A stretch of DNA of 64,000 nucleotides, taken from positions 33,046,001-33,110,000 of the forward strand of contig CM022672.1 of assembly GCA_012295275.1 (NCBI GenBank), given 5' to 3'. Below are positions 38,701 through 64,000 of this stretch, piece by piece. Numbering within the stretch: the first letter of the stretch is position 1; every line of letters begins with the position of its first letter. The notes beneath the pieces are model-generated. The model did not search any database. It saw only the letters and a list, made by a program, of their open reading frames with translations, and was not told where the DNA came from. The translations under genes and the position numbers were made by a program. This DNA is from Chrysomallon squamiferum. Taxonomy: Eukaryota > Animalia > Mollusca.

Positions 38701-40865
38701 AAACCAGTTTATCTACCAAAACAAAAAACAAAAATAAAAAAGCCCTGTAAATTGTGAAAGGAAAATTTTTATTATGCTGTTAAACTTTTTTTATATCAGT
38801 ATCTGCATTTCCTTGTAGTTATAAATATATTCGCAGCTAATTTAAGGAATTATAGTCAATCAAAACCAAACATATAAAATATCTACAATGTTTAATTATG
38901 TGCCTCTGCACTTTTGATTGACTGATGTATGTAAAAGTAGTTGATTTACAGAATAGTAAAGGATTGATCTTGTTACTTTGACAGTAGGTTTTGAAATCAT
39001 TTCTGCTTTTATTTTCAGACTGAAAAATGTCAATATACTTACATATCACATGAACCAGAAAGAGTTTGCTGCAAATGTCCACCAGGAACATATAAAAGTA
39101 AGGACTGTGTTGGAAATTATGAAAATGCTGTCTGTGAAGAGTGTCCACCTGGAACTTATCAAGAGGTTTACAATCAAGCAGCTTATTGTGAGAAGTGTAA
39201 CCTGTGTAATGATCATTTCCAAATGTTGAAAACAAACTGTACTAAGACAAAGAATTCTGAGTGTTCCTGTGAAGCAGGCTACAAACCTGTTGAAGGAAAT
39301 GGATATGAAGATCACTGTAGCTGGACTGGCACCTGTCCTGATGGTTCAGTGCCTAAAGCGAAAGGTAAGCTATAATACAGTTTACAGCTAAAGATGAAAT
39401 TACTAAAGCTATTACAACTTTGTACAACATATAAACAGTAAATGTCATTATTTAATACCTAGTTACAACTGAAAGTGAAACTGTTAAAGTAGCTCTCTCT
39501 TGCATTCAACATTGTTATATAAAAAGGTTTTGTTTAGCAATACCTTATCACTCAGGGATATAAATTCACGAATCTCAGAATCCATTTCCATCAAACATAA
39601 AACATCCAAATCCGTTTGGATTCACGTCATGAATTTCCAAAACTCTGTTAAATTGAATAATCAACGAGTAAAATGTTACGGAATTAAAAACAACTGGTTT
39701 AAAAAGTGTAGCATATATTCGAATCCACGTATGTTCGAAACATCGTGGTTTATCGAGAGTAGTCTACCCTTGGTCCTTGTGGTGTCAACAAAGAGATCCG
39801 AAAGGAACATGTTTGTTCAGTTCTTACATAACAACTGGAATAGTAAAAATCATAAACACTATAAATGTACGTGAACTCATTAATCAGATTAAAACGACAC
39901 CTGAACATATTAAGACCTATTGTATTTTAATATTTTATTTTCAGAAGGCACAAACAAATTTCACTGCATGGAACTGTCAATGAACACAACTTCTCTGAAT
40001 ACAACCAAAAAACCTCAAGAGAATTTAACAAAGAATGTGGATGGTGTGTATCTGTTTTTAACTACATGTTAACATGCTACTGTTATTGGCAGCACAAGGA
40101 TAGTTAATACCCAATTAAAATGTTATTGATTACTAATCTATTTTGCCTGTTTTGTGGAACTTGTATATCTTTCTATCTACATAATATCCTTTACATTTAA
40201 AGAAGATAGAAACATACTTTATTGAAATTTTTGTCACTGAAATTCTTTAGTTAATTTTTTAAGTTTATGTGAATGTGTGAATTTAATTGTTATTTATTAT
40301 ATTTTTTAGCTGCTGGTCAAGTGAAGTTATCTAGTTCATACTGGATTATTGTTCTTGCCATATTTGTTATGTACCTGCAAGGTAAAAGCAAACACAAATA
40401 TAGTCAGTCAACTGAAATAATATTAACATAAAACAATATAAATAGAATCATTTATCATATTTATTGAATCTTAATCAACTTAGTTTTATCAAAGGAGAAA
40501 TTCAAAAAAATTTACATAATGTAGAAGCAATGGTACCTAATGTATAAATTTAAAAACATAACCTTAATTTTACAAACTTCAATTGGTTTTAAATATTGAA
40601 CATTCTTGTTAACATAATTAAATAATACAAATAAATTATCCTGAAGTGCATTGCCAAACATCTCTAAAAATAAAGATTTTTTTGATTAAATACCAGCAGA
40701 TAAGCATTTTAGTTCATTTTACAATGAAACAGAATATAACATACACCTGTTTTGGGATATTTTATATTTGAGAAAATATATCATACAATTGTAGATTAAA
40801 ATGCAGATAGTTAAAACAATATAAATGTTTGTTTTAATAATTTTATTTTTGTTTCAGGTTGGTAA
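35777..40865 (+). CDS. TNF receptor superfamily-like protein, copy B (about 199 aa)
   Basis: Exons: 35777-35848 (MKNQTTLPVIAFIILMGSVIRPVL), 39019-39364 (TEKCQYTYISHEPERVCCKCPPGTYKSKDCVGNYENAVCEECPPGTYQEVYNQAAYCEKCNLC...), 39945-40043, 40310-40381 (AAGQVKLSSSYWIIVLAIFVMYLQ), 40858-40865 (GW*; this last exon is less certain). The frame is open and splice sites are canonical. Confidence 0.88.
35944..38038. mobile_element. Non-autonomous DNA transposon, about 2.1 kb, in intron 1 of TNFR copy B (possibly hAT)
   Basis: 10-bp TIR TAGGTATGTG...CACATACCTA. Flanks cattatt / ctttatt form an imperfect TSD. The paralogous site in copy A (about 24120-24140) is empty. An internal direct repeat of about 206 bp starts at 37445 and 37651. 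No transposase ORF. Confidence 0.85.
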
Positions 40866-43721
40866 GGTACAGGCAAACAAACAAAAAACAAAGAAAAATT
40901 AACAAAATAATTCTTGGATCTTTCATGTTTTGATTATTCTTCAGCTGGAACCAAAAAAATGTATCTGACTTGTTTACATAAACTGTATACAACCGTCCTA
41001 TAACAGAAGATTAATCTATATATTTATTTATTTATTTATTCCAGTTCTTGTTATGACAGTCTGTGATATCAGTGAAACTGTAACTAGAGAATAATTGAAG
41101 AAATGTGGATTTATAGTCGTTTCTGCGGCCTCGAAGCTTAAACTTCATAAATTTCTTTATAGGTCCAGATAGGAAGCTCTTTGTTTGTATACATAATAGA
41201 ATATGTCTTAGAATTCTTTTTATTTCCTTTTTAACATTTAACAATAAATCTGTACAGGTGAAATTAAAATTAATTATTTTGGCATCAACTTTAATTAATA
41301 AACAAAATAAAACTATATATATATTTTTTATTTTTGGTTTTATATATATATATATATATTTTTTTTTTTTTTCTGTCAGCTGTGTTTATTAAAGTACCAG
41401 TTAAGCATGAAATAATCGGTTTCTAAATAATATGGAACAATTCATTATATGAATTTGCTTTTTCTTAGATTTCCAATCTTTGTTACTTATTTTATTTTTT
41501 TTTTATTTTAGTTTTTGTCTTGGGTGTGTTTACAAATTTAATTAAAAATACTCTTGTAAATTTAATTATAATTCATAATTATTTTTGTTTAGTTTTTCTG
41601 TTATATATTATAATCTATTGTGATAGTTGAATAACTAACTTATTGCTTTATTTTAACTTTAATTTCACATAGAATAAATGAAATTACACAAAAATAATTT
41701 AAATTTATTATTTTGTCAACAGCTTTAATTAATAAAAATTGTTTGTTTTGCTTTGTTTTGTTTTTTGTTTTGTTTTTGATATCAGCTGTGTTTATTAAAG
41801 TTATGAGTTAAGTGTGAAATTAACTGATTTTGTGAAAAGTTGTTTTAGAATTATTTTTATTATAAACATCTATCCTGGATGAATTAAATGTAAAAAGATT
41901 TGTAAAAAAACAAACGAATCAAGTAGGTTTGTTAAACCAAAGCATAATTTGTAAAATGCATTTACATTTATTCATAATTTAACTTTAATTTTTTTTTGTT
42001 TTATTTCTTTTTTTAATCTTATCTTTCTTTACTGTTAGAACATGACTGAATGTTCTGGAGTTTTTAATATGATTTATTAGTAAGGTTTAAACATGTTGAG
42101 TTGTGATGTTATTCTGTGGTACTTACTTACGTTTATAATACAAATGTTAATATATTTTAATAATTAAGAGTATTTAGAAAGTAACCAACTGGTCTGAATT
42201 AGTTTTGTGTTATTTGTCAACATGGTTTGATTTGATAATCTACAATTTAACTATATATCTATATAGTACGCATTTGGTTAATTTGTCTAAATTACATGTG
42301 TATATATATAAATATATAAAACAAATGTACAGAATTCATGTCTGTGTTGTTGTTCTCTAGTGAATACAGAATCGTCATTTAGTAGTTTAAGATGGCTCAG
42401 ATAATTAACACTTTGTCATGTGACCTGTTAGACAGGATGAGTGAAAAATTTAATTAGTAATACCACTCAGTCTAGTCACCATGACAATGTTCCTCATTTT
42501 TGGCTTCTTGACCAACTTGTTAATAAACAGATGGTGTATGTGTATGTGTATGTCTTAATCTCTGTGTGTGAATATAGAATCGTTTCAACACACAAATACA
42601 CACACACACAACAGTTACATACTTCACATTCACACCCATAAAACAAACACATTATATACAGAACACAAAAAAAAAAAAAAAAAAAAAAATTAAACAGCAA
42701 CAAGATATTTCTTTATAAACACTTAACCAGTATTTAAGAGACTGCCCAGTGAACACTGAATTGTACACTGTTGAGAATTGTGTACATTTATGTTTTAATT
42801 ATGAGTATAGCTCCAATAGATGTTTTTATTTCATTTTTAAAAATTATTTTTTTTTTTTTTTTTTTTTTTTTCTTGTTCTTTGTTTAGAAAGAAGACTAAA
42901 AACTCTGTGCATTGTTTAAGCAGTAAAGTAAATTTATTCAAGTTTCTGGCTTGCAAACAAATTTAATATTCAGGATTAAAGTTTATAATACGTATTCTTA
43001 GAAATTAATATTATAATTGTAAGAGATTTATTTTATCAAATGTTTGGATTGGGAAAAACATGTATACTAAACTCAGCTCTTTATTATTATCAGGTAATTA
43101 TTCTTTATTTATTTATTTAAATTTATTTGTTCTTTTATTTCATTTATTAATTTATTTATTAATTTATTTACTTATTTATTTTTATTATATTTTATGTTGT
43201 TTTTTGTTTTGTTTTTATGAACATTTAGGTGCTTTAAACTGATGTATCAATTATAATTGAAAAACTGAAAATAAAATCAATCTTTATTTCAAAAATATAA
43301 TTTAGTAAAATAATTTTATAAAATGCCCATAAATTTAATATGCAGAAGTTTATAACACATCTGGAATAATAGAGTATTAAAAGCAATACATGTTATTCAT
43401 TAAAATCACTAAGATCATTTTAAGAAACTGATTTCATACCACAAAATTAATTAGATCAGAAAATTTATATAATTCTAAGAAAGTTAGTTATAGTATTCTA
43501 TAAAACAGCTACAAATATAAAAAAATAAAAATAAATACAAACATTTTTGTTGTTCTGTTTATACAAAATGAAAACAAGCGTATATTATAAGAACTTGTGG
43601 CTAGCATCAGTAATCTTTGATTTCATTTTCACTGGGTTTTAATCTTTTTTTGTTTGGTTATTTTTTTCATCAAACTAATTAAAGATTATAAATGCTTTTG
43701 TAATAAAGTTATTTATTTACC

Positions 43722-43752
<31 letters not shown>

Positions 43753-44053
43753 CAGATTTCGAAGCCTTAATTATGAACATAATTAATTTTTTTTTAATAA
43801 TAATTGATATTTTAAATTTTCAAAGAAAAACACTATTTTATTTAAAGAGTTCTATCTACATATTAATCATTAATATAAACTGTTTATTATAATTGAATAA
43901 TTTAGCTTCTATTTATACATTATTTTTTATATCTATATTTGTAATCTGAGTTAAGGTAATAACCTATTTTTTAAAATTTATTTTTTTCAGAGAAAAACTG
44001 ATTTTGACAGTAAATCTAATGACGCAGTAATATTTCCATGTGCAAGCTCAAAT

Positions 44054-44275
44054 CTATTTGCTACACAACTCAGTTGCTTTTGTTGTTGATACGTCATCAT
44101 CAACCACAGCATCAGCATTGTTCACATCATCATCGTCGTCGTCGTCATCATCATCATAATCCTGCACATTTTCTGGATACATGACGTTCTTGTTGTCTTC
44201 CGTCCATGCAGGATGCAATTTGGTGTCGTCCACAGTAGACTGGTTTCTCACAGTGTTAGGCTGTATTGTGTCAAC
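44054..44275 (-). CDS. PBX: Candidate distal alternative terminal exon of PBX (acidic tail, 73 aa)
   Basis: Acceptor ttttattacag|GTTGAC; phase-0 open frame VDTIQPNTVRNQSTVDDTKLHPAWTED...poly-Asp...CSK*. It is an isolated island of coding-like composition on the PBX strand. Linkage to PBX is inferred. Confidence 0.55.
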   Translation of the reverse strand, partial: VDTIQPNTVRNQSTVDDTKLHPAWTEDNKNVMYPENVQDYDDDDDDDDDDVNNADAVVDDDVSTTKATELCSK

Positions 44276-44339
44276 CTGTAATAAAATTATCTTATCGATA
44301 TCAGTCTATTGACATTAAATTATTTAAATTTATCCGAAA

Positions 44340-44370
<31 letters not shown>

Positions 44371-47300
44371 GAAGAAGAAAAACAAAATCGATATAGTTTT
44401 TAGAGTGAGAGAAATTTTTATTTTAGTTTCTAAGTAACTTTTTTCTTTCTCAGAACTGATTTAATTTAAACAGTTTCTTATGCACTCCACTGTAATAAAG
44501 AATTCACAAAAACCTCCAAACAACATTTTTATTACTTTCTTCAGGTGATGGGTTTGTGACTTTAAAGACATTTCTTTACTCCAGGTAATGAATTTGGTTT
44601 AATTCACATCTGTTATCTGTTTCAAGGAATGTTTTTCATATACAACTAAACCTATTAATTTATCTTCCAAACGAAACCAACAGGAAAGAAATACAAAAAT
44701 TAGAAATTACAACTTCTGGGTGGCAAATACTTCTGAATTGCAAATACTATCGTTTTTCTTCAAATTATGACCAGCTTCACAATCTGTTAAAACATTTAAA
44801 ACGTCTAGTGGTTTTATTTTGTGAATTTATATGAAATAAACGAAGAAGGCTGAAATCTTTATAAATAAACATGACAAATATTTTTATCGGAGGGATAGTA
44901 ATGGAACTACTGTGGATTTATGTGAAAATAATTTAAATTTGTAGAAGCTGCAACATCTTTGTTATAGTAGAGCAAATGAAAACAATGAAACAGTTGGTTA
45001 GTAGTGTTGTTTCCAATTAGAAAGAAAATATTTTGTCTTAATGTTAGCAATAAAAAAAAATTCTTTATAAAAGCCAGATGTGTATCTTTTAAATCAGATT
45101 AAATGTTTTTATTAACATTTGTTGATTATTTTAAACTGTTAATATACGTCCAAATAAAGTGATATTAAAATTAAATAAAATATTATTTTTCTGCTTGTAA
45201 CTGTATCCAAAAAAAGGTGATGTAAATATCTAAAATTAGAGCAAACAATAATACTTACATATGTAAAAACTAAATATCTTTGTATGTAACTTGATAAATC
45301 TAAATAATAATATACAGACAGATCTGGCAATGTTTAACTGCTGAAATGTGTGTGCGTGTATGTGTGTGTGTGTGGAGAGACAGGGAGGACAAATTTAAAT
45401 ATTTATAAATTGTTTATGTTATTCAATTCTTGAGAGACAGATATCCAAACATTTTAATGCATTTTTCAACTCTTTCGTCGACAGAATATCGGTTCAGTGG
45501 GAGTCGTATATGACTTGCCCAGTATACTTTGAAATAGAATGCAGCATTTCTAGCTGTGGTAGCAAATTTAATTATTGCAGAGTCTAAGAAAGAGAAAAGG
45601 ATTGCAGGAATTCTGCGACTATTTGAAAGTTGGAGTTGTAGATTACATGGGTAAGCACAGCAAAGTTTGGAAAGAATAAAAATGTTAATAATAATTTTCT
45701 TAAGACATTTCAATACTGGAATTAGTTCTGAGAAATAGTTTAACAAAAATAAATAAATAAATAAATGATATTTAATTAAATACAAGTATGTAAGACAAAT
45801 TAGTTTTGGAAAATAATAAAATTGTTGTTAATGATATTAAATTAAACTCAAGTATGTAACAAATTTCCAATACTGGAATTAAGATATTGGTAAATAAGAA
45901 TATTCTTAACTAAATATCATTATCAGCAGAGTTTGAACATATTTTAATATTGGAAATAATCTGGATACTCAATTAGGTTATCCCAATGTTTGATAAATCA
46001 TTGATAGGTTATGAAGAAATATCATATGAATTAAGTTATAAGCCCTCAAAATATCCCTGTATGAACAACTGAAATGCCTTTTAAATAAACTGATAATAAT
46101 AAAGTAATGAAAATATTCTTGTTGCTTCTTCTATTAATCAACGTTAAGCAATTATTTATAGTAAATTTCTTATTCCACGTATTTCTAAATTAAAAATTCA
46201 GATTATAATTCTAATGTGTTTTTTCTAAATAATACAGCTGTTAAAGAACATCAAACTGAATAAAACAGAATAAAATAAAATAAAATTAAATAAATAAAAA
46301 TAAAAATAAAGTTGCATATTAATAATTAAATAAAAAAAAAAAAAGATATTAAATATACAGATCAAAAGAAAAATAATTGTAAAATATTTAAAAAAAAAAA
46401 ACACTAAAATTTATTAATTTTTTTTCAAGGACACCAATTAATGTAACCTGTCATTTTAAACAGTAAACACAATAATAACAACTCAGTAGGTTACAAATTT
46501 GACATGTTTTACTCAAAATTTCCACGTTATATGGACAGTACACAAAAAACCCCATGTTACGTGACAAGTACAACTATTATAGTTATTATTATGCTCAATT
46601 ACATATGGTAACAAGAACAAAAATGTCATGCATTCAAAATTCTTTACAATTTTTAGTAATATGTATATATTTAAATGTTTTCAATCTTACAATACTGGGT
46701 TACCTACATAGCTAGAAGTTTTGTTCACTGAGCATACCTTTCTGTTATTTTTATCATTAATACGAAGGTCAGAGTATTTCGTTAAACAAAATTAACATTA
46801 ACTAGATTGAAATGTTATAAATGTTAATTTTCTAACATTCTGATTCATAGTATTTGAAGTATATCAAATTAAAAATTAGTTTATTACTTAATTAACAAAG
46901 TTATATAAAGTGGCTATTTAATAATTATATTTAACACTTTTCTGCTAGCACTTAATTTGAAAACTCATCATTTCAACAAAGATAGAAAACACCCTCGAAG
47001 GACTTCAAGACTATAGTAGACCATAAATGAAAAATTAAGAATTTAAAATTAAAAGAAATTTAAATGCTTTTTTTTGATTATTTGTCATTAAGTCAAAATA
47101 TTCCAGCTGGACAATCATTTACTGTCACTAAAGAAATATATATTCAGAAATATGTATTGTTTTATAATTTGTTTTTTAACATATACATCACTAGCAGAAT
47201 AATAATAACCATCAAGAGGTTTAAAATCATTTTAATATTAAATTTTCTTTATACATTTGTTTGATATATCTCACATGAAGTATTTAATTTATTAACAACA

Positions 47301-50262
47301 ACAAAATAATAATCTTAGAGAAAAAAAAAAGAAGAAATTCATGAAGTTTTTCTAAAATTTCTATTAAAAATGAATCTAGCACATATTTTTATTCATGGGT
47401 AAAATCTCTCAAAATGATAAAATATACCACTGGTAATTTTAAAATGTGTTATAGCTTAAAATAGTTAATACTGTTATTTTTAAACATAACTGAAAATAAA
47501 CTCAATAATTTTCATATAGTGTTGACTAATGACATAAAAATATAAATAAAATTAAGATAGATAAAAAAATTTGCTGACAATGAAGTTTGATAATAATGGA
47601 GACAGCCATTATTTTAATAGAAAATAAAATTAAAAAAATTTGTAATTTGTTGTATTTATTTATTTATTTTGTAAATAAAAAGAATACTACTGTTATTATA
47701 ATGTTATTATAAGGTAAGGTCTGTTGATTGTTAGGAAATATAGAAAAAAAATGTATTTAGGCTAAAACTTAGCATCACCACTATAAAGACATGACTCACA
47801 ATAATAATATGTTAAATTTATTTAAGCTAGCTGTTCATTCTACCAAATGTACATTTGTATCTATCTTTATATATCATGTAATACTTTGCAGATGTATATT
47901 TACAAATGATGTAGTAGCATTACTTTGCCAAACAACACAAACACAACACAAAGTTACACGTTAAAATTTCGCGACTTGTGCAAACATGTACAGAAAACAC
48001 TTTAAAAAAAAACAAAAACAATGAAAAAAGAAATGTTCCGTTATTTTATTTTTTATTATTATTATTTTTTTTTATAAATAAAACTAATTTAAATGATGAT
48101 TTTGTTTTTAATTAAATGAAAATGAATGATTTTTAAAATTTTATTTAGTGTTTTTTTTTCAGGGCACTAATGATATTTAGTTAAAAACATATGATTAGCT
48201 TTAGAACAATAACATTTTTTATCAAGAACATCACCAAATCAATACTAGTGAATTATAAATGATTTTGAGCAAATCACAATTTAACTAACAAAATTAAAAA
48301 TATTTTTACTATACCTTTGGTTTCTTTAAAAATAAAGTTTTCATTTGGTATGGTCCTTTGCATTATGTTGTTGTGTTAACAACATCTAAACATGCCAAGG
48401 GTTTCCACACCTCTGTTATTACAAATACTAACCAAACACAAAACACATACTGTACATATTTAAAGAGCAATGTAGTCTTTGATACTGGAATGCTCTTTGT
48501 TATTATTTTTTTTTTTTAAAGCTCTGTACCATTTCAGTTTTAACCCATTTATCATCTTTTTTTTTTTTTTTTTTTTAATATTAAATTGTTCAGTCAGTAA
48601 TGTCAACCAGCAATAATCTGTAACCTACTTCAAATTTTTCATTCTTAGAGAAATGTATTATCTCAAGTCATGTTCTGTTTAAGAACACATTAATTTGTTC
48701 TGTTCCTTATCATTCTAAAATCCCAACCTGTGTTTTTATTTTGTTTATTGTATATCAATATTTATTCTATTAATATTTGTTCAGTGTGTAAGTTTATATT
48801 GAAGTTTCTTAAATAAAATGCAGGACTGGTTGTTCTAGTAACAAGTCAAAGTTTCTTAAATAAATTCAGAACTGCTGTTGTTTGTTCGATACGAAAATGC
48901 CATTTTTTATTTACTTATTCTTTGTATTATATATAAACAAAAAAAAAAAAAAAATGGAAAGAAAGAAAGAAAAAGACAGAACACATACATGGAATAACAA
49001 GTTTTGTAACACTGAAAACAAAAATACACAAAAGCACAGTTGATAATGTATGATACATAAATATACAAGTTATTTAAAAGCTTTTAAATGATTAGCTTTA
49101 GCCGTAAGATTTTCAAAAAGAATTGGGATCATTATTTTGTGTCTGTTTAGCTGTCGAAATATACATCTTGTCAAAAATGTCTTTGTTACTTTCATTAATC
49201 TGGCTTAAGGTATATTTATATACTGGCACTGAAGAAAAAGAAATGTATGCTTGCAAAATATTTCATTTTCCACAATATACATTTTTATTGTTTCTATAAT
49301 TAAATAAGACTTTAAAAGATTTTATATACTAAAAGTTATGAACCAGCAAAGTAACAATTTATTCTTAATAAAATAAAATTTATATGCATTTTAAAATTGT
49401 TTAATAAACGATTGAGATTTAACAACAAAGATTTAAAACAATTTTAAAAACAAAAATAATAAAACCCACAAAAATGTTTCCTATCTCTTCAACAACAACA
49501 ACATTCCTCAAAAATATATTAAAAACATTTTGAGCAAATTAATTGCTTTGTTCATTACATTTCATAAAACTATTCAAACGAATGGATGTTTAATCGATTT
49601 AAAAATATTTTTTAAAGCAGTTAATTGTTGAACATTTAAATATGTGTTACAAATAAATACATTTTTACTTTTGTATCCTATTTAAAAAAATAAAAAAAAA
49701 ATAAAATGAAAGAAAAAAAAATGCGATGTTACCAATGATTAAGAATAAAGTTACATGAATGTTTATTATGAATTCAAGAACAAAAACAAGTGAACAAATA
49801 TGAAATACATGCATGCGATGGTTCCAACATGTTGTAGATTATACATATAACCACAATTCCTGTAAATAACAAAACCCTAAACATTTCTAAAGACAATACT
49901 GTTCCACGATGAAATCACTGATACCTGAAACTTTGTTATGATGATGATTTTTTTTCAACAAAAGCAGTGAAATCCAAGCAACAAATTGACAAACAAAATG
50001 TATTATGAAAATTTTTTTGTTTTTTTAAAAGTTAAGATATTTATTAGAAATTACTGAGTACATAACTGTTATGTACACAAATGTGTAAAAAAAAAAAAAA
50101 GAAGAAATGTTTAACATATATATTAGATTATTTGTAAGAGCATGAAGACATGACTGGCAAATTAAACACAGAACAGACAGACAAAAGAAGGTAGCTGATG
50201 TTGATGATATGTTTCTAACAATTGTACATTATTTTTCACATTAAAAATCTAAAATTCTGTCA

Positions 50263-50302
<40 letters not shown>

Positions 50303-51153
50303 TTGCAGTATTCTTTTTTTCAACTAATCAACAAGATTTTAAAGCATATTCACAAGAATTCATAATTCTGGAAGCACCAAAATATGACTTAAAAGACAAT
50401 GTTAAAAATCATTACAAAATTTTCAAAAAAAAAAAAAAATAATAAAATAAAAAATGAAACCTTCCTCAATACTGAATGTTGTTTAAAGTTTGAAACCAAT
50501 AATAAAACCATGTTTAAACTTTACAAATAAATCATATCAAATATAATTTCATTTAATTTAATTTTTTTATTTATTTATTTTTCTTCTTCTTTTTTTTTTT
50601 TTGAACAGAAAAAGGAAAGAAAATTAAAAACTCCAGAACATTTAGTAATGTTCTAATAGTAAAGAAAGATAAGATTAAAAAAAAAAAAAAAATAAAAAAA
50701 TTAAAGTTAAATTATGAATAAATGTAAATGCATTTTACAAATTATGCTTTGGTTTAACAAACCTACTCGATTTGTTTGGGGTTTATTTTACAAATGTTTT
50801 TACATCTAATTCATCCAGCATTGATGTTTATGATAAAAATAATTCTAAAACACTTGTACTAACAAAGATTTAAAAACAATAAAAAACAAAAAATAATAAT
50901 AAAAATAATTTTGACAGGATGTGAAATAAATCTAAACAGACTGAGTTATTTCCTTTTTTTTATTAGCTCTCATGCTAATATATCAAATTTGCCTATTTTA
51001 TATAACAACAAAAAATATATTAAAAAAATAAATAAAAATAAAAATAAAAAAGTCATTCAAATGTTTTTGGGGTTAGTTATCAGTGTTGTTTGTATCACAT
51101 CCTATTGTTTTAATGATAATAACAGCAGTAATAATAGAAAAAAAAGAACATTA

Positions 51154-51202
<49 letters not shown>

Positions 51203-51382
51203 GTAATAGTAATAATAATAACAAAAACCAGTTGATGCACTTTTGAAATGTGTGAGAAAAAATACAAAAACCTATCTCACACACACACATTAAAAAGATA
51301 AATACAAATATTCAGCACTTGAAAAACAGAAAAGCAGATTGTGGAGATGGTCACAGAAATAAGTTTCTTTGGTCTTCGTCTT

Positions 51383-64000
<12,618 letters not shown>

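Larger units (their letters stand above)
20093..41838. repeat. Large inverted segmental duplication: arms about 20093-24385 and 35677-41838
   Basis: Exons, introns and 3' flanks of the two TNFR-like genes align as reverse complements. Arm boundaries are approximate. Confidence 0.9.

Noticed and set aside
40044-40129. Premature stop in TNFR copy B caused by a 15-bp insertion after exon 3
   Set aside because: It lies downstream of the GAT G|gtgtgt donor, so it is intronic in the preferred model. It matters only if this intron is retained, which would give a secreted form.

Overview
AT-rich, intron-rich animal genomic DNA with many microsatellites. A mollusc or other lophotrochozoan is likely, but that is inference. 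Most ORFs in the supplied track are spurious, so genes were rebuilt by hand from GT-AG exons. Left to right: (1) 5' half of mitochondrial aspartyl-tRNA synthetase DARS2 (minus strand), head-to-head with (2) a complete 14-exon RABL6 (plus). (3) A rearranged block of about 22 kb with two divergently oriented paralogues of a small TNF-receptor-superfamily gene that the ORF track misses: signal peptide, Cys-rich TNFR repeats, stalk, then a C-terminal hydrophobic segment resembling a GPI signal, with no death domain. The two copies are separated by a patchwork of duplicated and inverted fragments and DNA-transposon remnants. (4) The 3' part of PBX/extradenticle (minus), with three candidate terminal exons, an Rbfox motif cluster and intronic TALE/Hox sites. 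Main leads: the putative GPI-anchored decoy TNFR pair, proto-MHC-like synteny (DARS2-RABL6-PBX), tandem repeats seeded on splice junctions, and a possibly Rbfox-controlled PBX C-terminal switch. Three single-base frameshifts in housekeeping genes suggest consensus errors in the assembly.
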